From Methanococcus maripaludis (GTDB taxonomy: Archaea > AGJL01 > Methanococci > Methanococcales > Methanococcaceae): a DNA stretch of 32,000 nt. Position 1 is the first letter of the stretch; each line of letters opens with the position of its first letter. Positions 17,308 through 26,202 of the stretch are shown here, one piece after another. Location: assembly GCF_002945325.1 (NCBI RefSeq), contig NZ_CP026606.1, forward strand, positions 330,001 through 362,000. Direction: 5' to 3'. Position numbers and translations under genes: made by a program. A model generated the notes under the pieces. The model worked only from the letters and a program-made list of their open reading frames with translations. It was not told where the DNA came from and ran no database searches.

Positions 17308-18903
17308 TTAATGGCCGATCATTTCATCTTTTTCTTCTTCGGACAATATTTTTACGATTTCGTCAGGCTTTCCGGTTTTAATTATTTTTCCGCCCCTTAC
17401 CAAAGCTGCCCGATCGCACACATTTAAAACAAAGTCCATATCGTGCGATACTATAACATATGTTTGATCGAGTTCACTTCTTGATTTTTGGATAGATTCT
17501 GCAACCTGATTTCTCGTTATTGGATCCATTGTTCCAGTTGGCTCGTCCAATAAAATCAGGTGAGGTTCACGGATTAAAACTTGTGCAAGAGCAACCCTGT
17601 GTTTTTCACCGACACTAAGTTCTGAAGGGTGTTTCTCAAGCATGTTTTCAGCTTCTTCTTCAGTAAATCCAACAGAAACTAAAGTGTGTTCTGCTTTCAT
17701 TTTCGCAAATTCACCAGGCATTTCAAGTCCTATTGATTCTGTAAGGTTGTAAAGAATCGTTCTGTGCGGATAAAGACTGTATTCTTGGAATAACATTCCA
17801 ATGTATCTTTTTGCACGTCCCCGATAAAGTGGACCTACTTTTGTCATGTCAACCCATTCATCCGCGAGCCTGAACTCGTAGTTTCCTTTTGATGGAGGAA
17901 TTACTGCTGCAATTATTTTTGAAAGCGTGGTTTTACCAGCACCACTCACACCAACAAGCCCGAAAATTTCTTTTTCATTGATTGAAACGTCAATTCCGTC
18001 AACAGCTTTTACAATACCCCTGTCAACTGAAACATATCTTTTTTCAACATTTTCGAGTTTTAGAAGTTCATCTTTTACCTCAACTTTTTCAAATTCTTTC
18101 ATTGAAGTAACAGTTTTCATAAATTCTTCTACAACATGTTTACTTTCGCCTACAAGCCTCATTTCTCCTTTATCGAGCCATATTGCTTTCTGACAAAGTT
18201 CTTCAATAACTTCTGGCCAGTGTGATGTAATAACCATTGCAATATTGTGTTTTATGACTGCCTCAGTAAGTGCATTGTGAACGAATTTTGCAGTTTTTGG
18301 GTCAAGTGTTCCGGTTGGTTCATCGGCAAGGAATATAACAGGATTTTTCGCAATTTGTCTTGCAAGAACAACTCTCTGTTTCTCACCACCACTCAAATCC
18401 CTTGAAATGTGTGCAACCCTGTGCTCAAGTTTTACCATTTTGATAAGATTTAATGCCCACTCAGTTGCATCTTTTCCTTCATATCCTGCGGCAGTTAAAG
18501 CTTCCATGATGTTTTCTGCAACAGTTTTTTCACCGTAAAGTGCAAATGTTCTTTGGAGCATTATCGCAATTTTTTTCTTTAATGCATAGGTAATTTCATT
18601 ATTATTCCAAAAATCAACAGATTTTGCAACATATTCGGTTTCACATTCACATTTTTTTCCAACCTGAGATGGAGCTTCAACATTTTCACAATGTGGGCAG
18701 TATGCAACGTGATAAATTATCTGTCCAGAGGTAGGTTCATATCCTTCCATACCCCTTAACATGTGCAAAAGTACGGATTTTCCGGCACCACTCCTGCCCA
18801 GAACTCCCATAACGTCCCCTTCATTTAATTCAAAACTTACGTTTTTTAGTACTTCTGTGTCCCCATAACTCTTTGAAACATTTTTCACTTCCAAAAGTAA
18901 CAT
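17308..18903 (-). CDS. atwA: Methyl-coenzyme M reductase system component A2 (twin ABC ATPase)
   Basis: Two ABC modules (GRSGAGKSV...LSGGEKQRVVLARQIAKNPVIFLADEPTGTLD; GVSGAGKTT...LSVGEKHRVALAQVLIREPHLILLDEPTGTMD) with a Cys-containing insertion in the first (YCPHCENVEAPSQVGKKCECETE). Track start is 18912; ATG at 18903 follows GGTGG. Confidence 0.92.
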   Translation of the reverse strand: MLLLEVKNVSKSYGDTEVLKNVSFELNEGDVMGVLGRSGAGKSVLLHMLRGMEGYEPTSGQIIYHVAYCPHCENVEAPSQVGKKCECETEYVAKSVDFWNNNEITYALKKKIAIMLQRTFALYGEKTVAENIMEALTAAGYEGKDATEWALNLIKMVKLEHRVAHISRDLSGGEKQRVVLARQIAKNPVIFLADEPTGTLDPKTAKFVHNALTEAVIKHNIAMVITSHWPEVIEELCQKAIWLDKGEMRLVGESKHVVEEFMKTVTSMKEFEKVEVKDELLKLENVEKRYVSVDRGIVKAVDGIDVSINEKEIFGLVGVSGAGKTTLSKIIAAVIPPSKGNYEFRLADEWVDMTKVGPLYRGRAKRYIGMLFQEYSLYPHRTILYNLTESIGLEMPGEFAKMKAEHTLVSVGFTEEEAENMLEKHPSELSVGEKHRVALAQVLIREPHLILLDEPTGTMDPITRNQVAESIQKSRSELDQTYVIVSHDMDFVLNVCDRAALVRGGKIIKTGKPDEIVKILSEEEKDEMIGH

Positions 18904-18925
18904 TAATACCACCTAAGCGATGCAA

Positions 18926-19321
18926 TTATTCACTATCTCTATTTTTTAATCTTAAACAGTTGGATACCCCGTATTTACAAAATTTACCCCTTTGACATTC
19001 GTCTTCATAGTTACAATCCCTTATTTTATAGTACCCGCCGCCAATATCAATCATTTTTCCATTTATTAATGCATCTGCAACTTTTTTTCTTGCAGATTTT
19101 AAAATATTCCAAAATACTCGTCTTGATATACCCATTTCGTCAGCAGCATCTTCATGAGGATGATTTAAATAATCTACAAGCCTAATGGACTCTAATTCTT
19201 CAAAAGTCAATACTTCCGATTCAAGATCAGTCCGGGGTATTCCAACAGGCTTAAATAATTTAAACTGCGGTTCTTCAGAGATAAGACGAAGTATTTTTGG
19301 TCTTCCTTTTCTAAATTTCAT
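18926..19321 (-). CDS. DUF134 (UPF0251) family DNA-binding protein
   Basis: Helix-turn-helix EDAADEMGISRRVFWNILKSARKKVADAL and C-terminal Cys cluster CNYEDECQRGKFCKYGVSNC. Confidence 0.88.
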   Translation of the reverse strand: MKFRKGRPKILRLISEEPQFKLFKPVGIPRTDLESEVLTFEELESIRLVDYLNHPHEDAADEMGISRRVFWNILKSARKKVADALINGKMIDIGGGYYKIRDCNYEDECQRGKFCKYGVSNCLRLKNRDSE

Positions 19322-19331
19322 TTAAAATCAC

Positions 19332-19661
19332 TTATTCTGGTGAATTGACTTCCATTCCTAGAACTGGGAGTTCAACTAATGTATATCTATCATTTTCAAG
19401 CTTTTTTCTAACAAGCTCTTTTATTTTTCCGAGGCATTCGATATTTACTATCGAATTTATAACCACTGTGTCCTGAGATAACTCATTAACTATTTTTATT
19501 GCCATTTCAGGTTCTTCTGCAAGCAAAAAACCTTTCCAATCATCGGGTGACATCCCCTGGTACTCCTTTAAGTAAAAACCAGAAATTCCACCTTCCGAAA
19601 GTGCATTAATGGCTTTTCCAAGATTTTGGCTTTCTACAAACAGCTTTAAAAGTATTCTCAT
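19332..19661 (-). CDS. Conserved hypothetical protein, MJ1244-like (small P-II-like fold suspected)
   Basis: 109 aa, tight spacing to the DUF134 gene; gene order resembles MJ1242-MJ1243-MJ1244 from memory. Confidence 0.6.
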   Translation of the reverse strand: MRILLKLFVESQNLGKAINALSEGGISGFYLKEYQGMSPDDWKGFLLAEEPEMAIKIVNELSQDTVVINSIVNIECLGKIKELVRKKLENDRYTLVELPVLGMEVNSPE

Positions 19662-19690
19662 GCGATTCCCCCCTTATAAAATGACTACTT

Positions 19691-19702
19691 ACACATATGT
19701 GT
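19691..19702. promoter_or_regulatory. Perfect 12-bp palindrome ACACATATGTGT in the promoter of the MJ1244-like/DUF134/atwA operon
   Basis: Direct reading. On the minus strand it lies downstream of TATA-like TTTATAAAAAAACTATATATAT and about 30 nt upstream of the ATG at 19661. Confidence 0.45.
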
Positions 19703-19766
19703 GAAACATGATATATATAGTTTTTTTATAAAGCACAGGTTTAAATTAATATAATTAGAAAAAAGT

Positions 19767-20417
19767 TTATTGATAGGACTTATTTATTATTTCAAGACCA
19801 TTCTGAAGTATTTTGAACCTTAAATTCTCACCTTCTTTTGCGTGTCGGTGTTTTTCTAAGGTAAGTTTTCTAATGGATTCACTTTTTTCAATCTTTATGA
19901 TTGATTTACTCCAATACTCTAAAAGCCTCCCTCCAGCAGGTTCGATACCATTTATCGAGTCTTTCACCTGGTTCGTAATCAAAATTCCAGAATTTTTCTG
20001 TCGGGATACTTTTAAAAGATTTGAAATCTGTTTTCCAAGCATTCTATTTAATTTAGTATTTTCATTGATTTTGTCACAGAGTTCGAGCCTATAAAGCGAA
20101 ACAATACCGTCAATTATAATAAGTCCAACGTTTTCAAGAAGAAATATCTTTTCTAAAGCTTCGGATTGTTCTTCAAATGAAGACGGTTCGTAAATTATTA
20201 TATTTTTAAGTAATTCATCACAATCCTTTCCAGACAGCTGTTTTATTCTTTCAATAGATAAACTCCCTTCCGTATCGATGTAAACCACATTTTTGCCATT
20301 TTCAATTGCTTTTAACATTGAAATTATACAAATATTTGTCTTTCCAACACCAGGGGGCCCATAAATTTGAGTTATCGTCTTTTTTTCGATATTTCCATTC
20401 AAAAGTTCTTCAAGCAT
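19767..20417 (-). CDS. radB: DNA repair and recombination protein RadB
   Basis: TQIYGPPGVGKTNICI Walker A, NVVYIDTEGSLSIERIKQL, NVGLIIIDGIVSLYRLE, LLKVSRQKNSGILITNQVKD; short RecA/RadA-like core without the RadA N-terminal domain. Confidence 0.92.
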   Translation of the reverse strand: MLEELLNGNIEKKTITQIYGPPGVGKTNICIISMLKAIENGKNVVYIDTEGSLSIERIKQLSGKDCDELLKNIIIYEPSSFEEQSEALEKIFLLENVGLIIIDGIVSLYRLELCDKINENTKLNRMLGKQISNLLKVSRQKNSGILITNQVKDSINGIEPAGGRLLEYWSKSIIKIEKSESIRKLTLEKHRHAKEGENLRFKILQNGLEIINKSYQ

Positions 20418-20463
20418 AAAATCACATTGATATAATGAAATGTATAATTATATAATAAATAAT

Positions 20464-21738
20464 TTACTTTATATTTTCCAGATCAAAGTCATATAACACG
20501 ATAGGTTTACTTAAATGCCTCCTTGCAGAAGGTGGAACTTCGTAGAATCCTTCTTTGATGCCCCGTTTTACTTCATTTAGTTTTATTTGATTATAATTAA
20601 CTCTTTTACCACAAATATTACATTTATACCCGCTTTTTAACCCTTTAGCTTTCAGGGTTCCGCCACATTCACAAAATTTATTTTTTTCATATATTTTTTG
20701 AAGTGTTACTATTTTTAATTTCTCAATATTTATTTCAAACGGATCCTCTCGAACTGTCCCATAAACTCCAACAAGGTCGCCACAATTGAGTTTTCTGACA
20801 ATATTTCTAAATTCCTTGGTTGGTTCATAGGCAATACAGTCAATTTCGCCGGTATCATCTTTCAGTTTAAATAAAACATGTCCGCCAGTTATTTCTTTTG
20901 GATTTTCAACGATTTTACCGTAAGAAATAACTCCAGTATCTGGATAAATATCGTTTATTTTAGAAAATTTTAAATGAACGTCAGTTCCCTGATTTGTGAT
21001 ATACAGCTGGCATTTATCAACTTCATCCGATTTTACAGTATTTTTAGCTTTTTCTAAAATTTCTCTTGAAATTCCTCTTATCCCGTAAAGAACAGGGCAT
21101 GGCGTGTGGGGAGTAATTATCGATTTTTTTCCGTCAATATTGTTAAATGTAAAAGGAAATGTATCAGTATCCATTTTTATTATTGAATCAATATCAATTT
21201 CTCGCTCTGTTCCCCATTTTTCACTTTTTCGGTATGCCAAAAGTTCGTAAGTAAATGGCGGTTTTGAAGCAATTGCACCAAGAGCTCCAATTATCCCGTG
21301 TCCTTTTTTGTATTTTATATATTCTGCACCGATTTCATTGAGTATTTTTTCAGAATCATTTACTTTTAAAATATCGTATAAAACCGAATTATAGTAATTT
21401 AAAAGTGTTTTTTGGTTTTTTTGATAATTTTCTTCGCTTAAAAAAACAATTCCAGGGTTTGTGTTTTCACAATCAAAATCGCTGAACTTTTCAACTGTTT
21501 CAATCACTAATTTTTTAATGGATTCAATTTCTGATTCATTTAATTTTTTTTCATCTTCAATGATTCTTAAACAAACTCCGCCATTTCCCCTAGTTTTATA
21601 TTTAACCATCGGGTTCATCCTAATTAACTTTGGAGTATCCATAAGATACGTTTTTTGAAGTTCTTCCTGAAGAATAGTTCCAACATAGGTCGTGCAGTAG
21701 TGTTCTCTACTGTCTGTGTCATCAATTCCAATATACAT
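20464..21738 (-). CDS. tiaS: tRNA(Ile2) 2-agmatinylcytidine synthetase TiaS
   Basis: MYIGIDDTDSREHYCTTYVGTIL, GNGGVCLRI, HKGHGIIGALGAIA, OB-fold region, C-terminal Zn-ribbon CECGGTLKAKGLKSGYKCNICG. Confidence 0.93.
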   Translation of the reverse strand: MYIGIDDTDSREHYCTTYVGTILQEELQKTYLMDTPKLIRMNPMVKYKTRGNGGVCLRIIEDEKKLNESEIESIKKLVIETVEKFSDFDCENTNPGIVFLSEENYQKNQKTLLNYYNSVLYDILKVNDSEKILNEIGAEYIKYKKGHGIIGALGAIASKPPFTYELLAYRKSEKWGTEREIDIDSIIKMDTDTFPFTFNNIDGKKSIITPHTPCPVLYGIRGISREILEKAKNTVKSDEVDKCQLYITNQGTDVHLKFSKINDIYPDTGVISYGKIVENPKEITGGHVLFKLKDDTGEIDCIAYEPTKEFRNIVRKLNCGDLVGVYGTVREDPFEINIEKLKIVTLQKIYEKNKFCECGGTLKAKGLKSGYKCNICGKRVNYNQIKLNEVKRGIKEGFYEVPPSARRHLSKPIVLYDFDLENIK

Positions 21739-21866
21739 AATTACCACTTAAATCCAGGTAAAATTTAAATTAAATTTAGATTTAGAAATTTTTATTCGCT
21801 AAAAACATATTTATGTAAACATCGCTATCAAATTATATAAAACTAATTTTTAAATGGAGATTTACC

Positions 21867-23159
21867 ATGCAACCCCTATTTATTCAGAATGCGAGAAAAA
21901 AAGAAAGTGAAGACATAATTAAACAGTTTAGAAAAGAAAAACAGTTTAAATTTAGAAATAATAAAATAAGGCAGAAATTAAACGAAATGCCGATAAACAT
22001 TGATAAATTCATTCTAGATATGGAAAGATTTGATGGAACCCTTAAAAAATATCCTGAAGATTTCATTGTTGAAGAAATAACTCCAAAAGGAACAGTTTTA
22101 GAAGTTGGAAAGGAAATCGGTTTTGAAGATGTTGAAAAGTGGCACGGCTCATTTATCCATTTTACAGTTGAAAAAACGAACTGGAACACGATGGATGCAT
22201 TAAAACAGATCGTAAGAGCAACGAAAACAAAAAGGAAAAATTTTGGATTTGCAGGAACAAAGGATAAATTTGCAGTAACTACCCAAAGATTTGGGTGTTT
22301 TGGACTTAAAAAAGAACAGCTTGAAAATATTAACATTAAAGATATTGTCATTCGCGATGTTCAAAAATCAAACAAAAAACTCAGAATGGGGGACCTCTGG
22401 GGAAACAAGTTTACGATAAAAATTAGAGACTTAAATCTTTCAAAAGACGAAATTAAAAGAATTTCCGATTTAAAATTAGATTATGTATTAAATTACTATG
22501 GAATACAGAGATTTGGACTTGTTAGGCCAATCACACATATCGTTGGAAAATTTATCTATGAAAGAGACTTTGAAAGTGCATTTTACACATACTGTGGAAC
22601 TCCAATAAGTGAAACCGGCGATTCGCTTGAAGCAAGAAAACTCGTTGATATGGGTGAATTTAAAAAAGCTTTAAAATTATTTAATAGAAACCACGACTAC
22701 GAAAAAAGATTAATTCAGCAGTATTTAAAATATAAAGACTTTAAAATGGCTTTTACTGCATTACCGCCACAGTTGAACAGCATGTTTGTAAATGCTTATC
22801 AAGCATACCTATTCAATGAAATGATAAACAAAAGATTTGATTACGGGTTTGATGCATTAGAAGGTGATATATTGGAAGACAATACTCCAACAGGAACGTT
22901 AATTGGATATGATACTAAATTTAGCGGTGGAATTCAGGGTGAAATTGAAAAAGAAATTGTTGAAAGGGAAAATCTTGATTTGAAGAAATTCAAAATTGAA
23001 GACTTTGGAAATTTCTACGGAACTAGAAGAAAAATGGTAACTCCAATTTATGACTTTAAAAGCAGGTTTGAGAATGAAATTTTTGAACTGAGCTTTAAAC
23101 TTGAGCGCGGAAATTACGCTACAATCGTTACAAGAGAATTTACCGGAAATTTGAGTTAA
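21867..23159 (+). CDS. truD: tRNA pseudouridine synthase D
   Basis: PEDFIVEEITPKG, GFAGTKDKFAVTTQRF, NYYGIQRFGLVRPITHIVGKFI, AYQAYLFNEMINKR, TGTLIGYDTKFSGG. Confidence 0.95.
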   Translation: MQPLFIQNARKKESEDIIKQFRKEKQFKFRNNKIRQKLNEMPINIDKFILDMERFDGTLKKYPEDFIVEEITPKGTVLEVGKEIGFEDVEKWHGSFIHFTVEKTNWNTMDALKQIVRATKTKRKNFGFAGTKDKFAVTTQRFGCFGLKKEQLENINIKDIVIRDVQKSNKKLRMGDLWGNKFTIKIRDLNLSKDEIKRISDLKLDYVLNYYGIQRFGLVRPITHIVGKFIYERDFESAFYTYCGTPISETGDSLEARKLVDMGEFKKALKLFNRNHDYEKRLIQQYLKYKDFKMAFTALPPQLNSMFVNAYQAYLFNEMINKRFDYGFDALEGDILEDNTPTGTLIGYDTKFSGGIQGEIEKEIVERENLDLKKFKIEDFGNFYGTRRKMVTPIYDFKSRFENEIFELSFKLERGNYATIVTREFTGNLS

Positions 23160-23189
23160 ATCAAGTATATATAATAAAAAATACAACAT

Positions 23190-23316
23190 TACTTGGCAGT
23201 TGATTTCGTGATACTGCCAATAGCAGTTCTACCTACAAGGCGGCCATCTTGAGTATCTGTTGAGAGTCAATGAAAACATGGTTTTCCAAAGGTAGATACA
23301 TTAATCCTGCTTTTTT
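23190..23316 (+). ncRNA. Candidate structured non-coding RNA, possibly H/ACA-like
   Basis: TATA-like TATATATAAT (23166-23175) about 25 nt upstream. Hairpin TTGGCAGT(23193-23200)-TGATTTCGTGAT-ACTGCCAA(23213-23220). Second stem TCTACCT(23228-23234)/AGGTAGA(23290-23296) followed by TACA, enclosing GAAAAC-ATG-GTTTTC. T6 tract at 23311-23316. Region is visibly more GC-rich than surrounding intergenic DNA. Confidence 0.5.
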
Positions 23317-23372
23317 AAAAAATTTAAAAAAAGATTTAAACGATTTTTAAGATTATTTTGTATTTATTAGTA

Positions 23373-23948
23373 TTATTCGTTAATTTTTTTCAAAATCCAC
23401 GCCATATTTTGTCCAAGTAGTTCCATTGTACGTAATCCTTCGGCATCTTTTTGAACATCACCAATATCAAGACCCATTCCTAAATTCCAGTAGTCTGATC
23501 CAACACCTATCATCTGATTTATTGAAAAGAAGTGATTTATTGTGTCAAAAACATGAATTCCCCCAGCCCGCCTTACAGAAACAACTGCTGCTCCGACTTT
23601 TCTTTTTAAAATATCATCGTTTGCTTTTGCTACAAAGCCAGCTCTATCAATTAATGCTTTCATTTCAGCAGTAACGTCTGTAAAATAAGTTGGAGATCCC
23701 AAAATTATTCCATCAGCTTCAATCATCTTTTCTATGCAGTTATTTATTATATCACATTCAATTATGCATTTATTGTTTAATGTTTCAAAACACTTGTAGC
23801 ATGCAGTACATCCCCTAAGCTTTCCGCCAGCAATGTGTATGTGTTCTGTAGTAATTCCTTCTTTTTTTAATTCATTTAAAACTTTATCAATTAAAATAGA
23901 CGTATTTCCGTCCCTTCTTGGACTCCCGTTAAATGCAACTACTTTCAA
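23373..23948 (-). CDS. NADPH-dependent FMN reductase-like / iron-sulfur flavoprotein family
   Basis: VVAFNGSPRRDGNTSILIDKVL, compact Cys motif CTACYKCFETLNNKC, GSPTYFTDVTAEMKALIDR. Confidence 0.88.
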   Translation of the reverse strand: MKVVAFNGSPRRDGNTSILIDKVLNELKKEGITTEHIHIAGGKLRGCTACYKCFETLNNKCIIECDIINNCIEKMIEADGIILGSPTYFTDVTAEMKALIDRAGFVAKANDDILKRKVGAAVVSVRRAGGIHVFDTINHFFSINQMIGVGSDYWNLGMGLDIGDVQKDAEGLRTMELLGQNMAWILKKINE

Positions 23949-24044
23949 TATCCCACCTTCAAAAATAATCCATGTTTGATTTTATGATTTTGAGAAGTGA
24001 TATATTTTTGCATGGATTTAATAAAAAAAAGTTTAAAAAAAGAT

Positions 24045-24845
24045 TTATTGTTTTTCTACAGCTTTTAAGTCATTTTCAAGATTATCTGAAAATTCCATAC
24101 TGTAAAATTCTCCAGAAGTTGGGAGAACCATATAAAATTCTGGTGTCGTATCAAATGAAGCTTCAACAGACTCGATTTCAAAATCAAGAATGTGTCCTCC
24201 TGCCAATTTATCATCAGTTATGAAGTGTAAGTGGTATAACGGAACGTTTAAACCAGACATGAATTCAGGAACCCAGAATCCGACAACAGTTCCAGAAACG
24301 TTTTCAAATTCAAATACTGACTGATTTTTTACAGCATCTACCAGTTTTTTATAGGGTTTTTCTTGTGCTGGAACACTTCTTGTTTTCATTTTTGAGAAAG
24401 TCCCAGTTAATTTTACTGCATAAACCATATTTTTTGAAGGGAATTTCGATTCAAAATATGATTCAAATTCTGAAATATTCATATCATTTAAAAAATACGT
24501 TTCATCGTTTTCAAATGAAGTAACTGTTGCAAAAGGAGTTGTTACATTTTCAACCTTGTATGCTACACCATCTGATTTAACCTGGTAGCATATTCCATCC
24601 AAAACAACCATTTCACCATCGAGTTTATCAAAAGTACCTATTCCAAAATCCCCGTGGGTTACAAGTTCATTTACAGGTACAAATCCATCATAAATGCTTT
24701 CCATCAACGCGTTTATCGTGGATACCTGATATAAAACATCTGAAACCTGTTCTGACCTGAATTCTGAAACAGAACTGTCATTTGTAGAAATACAGCCAGA
24801 AAATAACACCATTATAACTACCAAAAATTTTACAAACCTATCCAT
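24045..24845 (-). CDS. Uncharacterized secreted lipoprotein
   Basis: N-terminal MDRFVKFLVVIMVLFSGCISTND with lipobox-like LFSGC. Confidence 0.7.
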   Translation of the reverse strand: MDRFVKFLVVIMVLFSGCISTNDSSVSEFRSEQVSDVLYQVSTINALMESIYDGFVPVNELVTHGDFGIGTFDKLDGEMVVLDGICYQVKSDGVAYKVENVTTPFATVTSFENDETYFLNDMNISEFESYFESKFPSKNMVYAVKLTGTFSKMKTRSVPAQEKPYKKLVDAVKNQSVFEFENVSGTVVGFWVPEFMSGLNVPLYHLHFITDDKLAGGHILDFEIESVEASFDTTPEFYMVLPTSGEFYSMEFSDNLENDLKAVEKQ

Positions 24846-24925
24846 ATTATCCTCCCATTTTAAATGAAAAATACATATAATTAAAAGGGTATAAATAATA
24901 AATGATTTGGTTTTAGGTGTAATTT

Positions 24926-25072
24926 ATGAAATGGCTTGAAGAATTGACTGAATTATTGGAATGTCCAATCTGTAAAGGAAATTTAAAGCTTTTAGGCAAT
25001 AAATTATGCTGTAAAAAATGTAAAAAAGTTTATTTCATTAAAGATAAAATCCCGGTACTCCTTGACGAATAG
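24926..25072 (+). CDS. Trm112-like small zinc-ribbon protein (48 aa)
   Basis: Below the track cutoff. Hand translation: MKWLEELTELLECPICKGNLKLLGNKLCCKKCKKVYFIKDKIPVLLDE*, preceded by AGGTGT. Confidence 0.78.
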   Translation: MKWLEELTELLECPICKGNLKLLGNKLCCKKCKKVYFIKDKIPVLLDE

Positions 25073-25080
25073 GTGATTTT

Positions 25081-25605
25081 ATGAGATGTTTCCTTGCTAT
25101 TGAATTAAAAACTGACTTAAAAGAAAATTTAGAAACTTTTAAAAAGCAGTTTGATTTAAAAGGCATAAAAACAGTTGAAAATGAGAATTTACACATAACT
25201 GTGAAGTTTTTAGGGGATATTGATGATAAAAAACTTGAAGAAATAGTTAATTCAGATTTAAAAATTAAAAAAGTTATTTCTGAAATAAAAGGAGTTGGAA
25301 CGTTTCCAAATGAAGAATATATCCGTGTAATATGGATTGGAACGACACATCTTGAAGAAACTTTTAAAAATATTGATGAAAAACTCTTTAAATTGGGTTT
25401 TAAAAAAGAAAAAAGTTACGATCCGCACATCACACTTGGAAGAGTTAAATTTATCGAAAATGATTCAAAAGAAACCTTAAAAAAATTAATTGAAAAAAAT
25501 AAACATATTAATTTTGGAAAAATAGAAATAAATTCAGTTTCACTTATGAAAAGTACATTAACTAAGGACGGTCCAGTTTATGAAACCGTCAAACGTTGGG
25601 AATAA
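25081..25605 (+). CDS. thpR: RNA 2',3'-cyclic phosphodiesterase (2H family)
   Basis: MRCFLAIEL, two HxT motifs ENLHITVKFLG and YDPHITLGRVK. Confidence 0.93.
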   Translation: MRCFLAIELKTDLKENLETFKKQFDLKGIKTVENENLHITVKFLGDIDDKKLEEIVNSDLKIKKVISEIKGVGTFPNEEYIRVIWIGTTHLEETFKNIDEKLFKLGFKKEKSYDPHITLGRVKFIENDSKETLKKLIEKNKHINFGKIEINSVSLMKSTLTKDGPVYETVKRWE

Positions 25606-25606
25606 A

Positions 25607-26173
25607 TTAAAGATATTCTGAAACATATAAAATTCCATCGTGTCCAGTTATAACGTGTTTTTTCAAAGCTACTATTCTTTGGATTGATTTTTTTGAAATT
25701 TCAAGGTCTATTGCAATGGGAATATCATAATTTTGTAAAATATTTTTTTTAAGGTGAACTGCGGCAGGTGCAACAACATAATCCCCATGAATTACAGAAA
25801 TACTGTCAAATGTGTGCCCCGGAGTCCACATGATTTCTACTTCTGGATCTTTAAAATCATTTATGGATCCATCAGAATATTTAACAATTTCAGCATTTCT
25901 AAAAAGCCCGTTATTTCCATTGTGGTTATTGTGGTTGTGTGAACTTATAATATAGTCTATTTCTTTTAATTTAACATCTAATTTATTCAAATTTGAAATT
26001 ATAATCTTTTTTTTATCTTTTGAAGAAGTATCCACAATTATTTTATTTTCCGAGGTTTCTATATACGTACAAGATGAGCTGGGGGCTACAAATACGTTAT
26101 TTTTCTCATCAAGATACGTAACCGAACCACTATACAATACTTTTAACAAAAAAATCACGTCCAAAATAAACAA
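25607..26173 (-). CDS. Metallo-beta-lactamase-fold hydrolase
   Basis: NKIIVDTSS, DYIISSHNHNNHNGNNGLF, VEIMWTPGHTFDSISVI, KKHVITGHDG. Confidence 0.82.
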   Translation of the reverse strand: MFILDVIFLLKVLYSGSVTYLDEKNNVFVAPSSSCTYIETSENKIIVDTSSKDKKKIIISNLNKLDVKLKEIDYIISSHNHNNHNGNNGLFRNAEIVKYSDGSINDFKDPEVEIMWTPGHTFDSISVIHGDYVVAPAAVHLKKNILQNYDIPIAIDLEISKKSIQRIVALKKHVITGHDGILYVSEYL

Positions 26174-26202
26174 TATTTTATTTAAAGTTTAAGTTAATAA
26201 AC

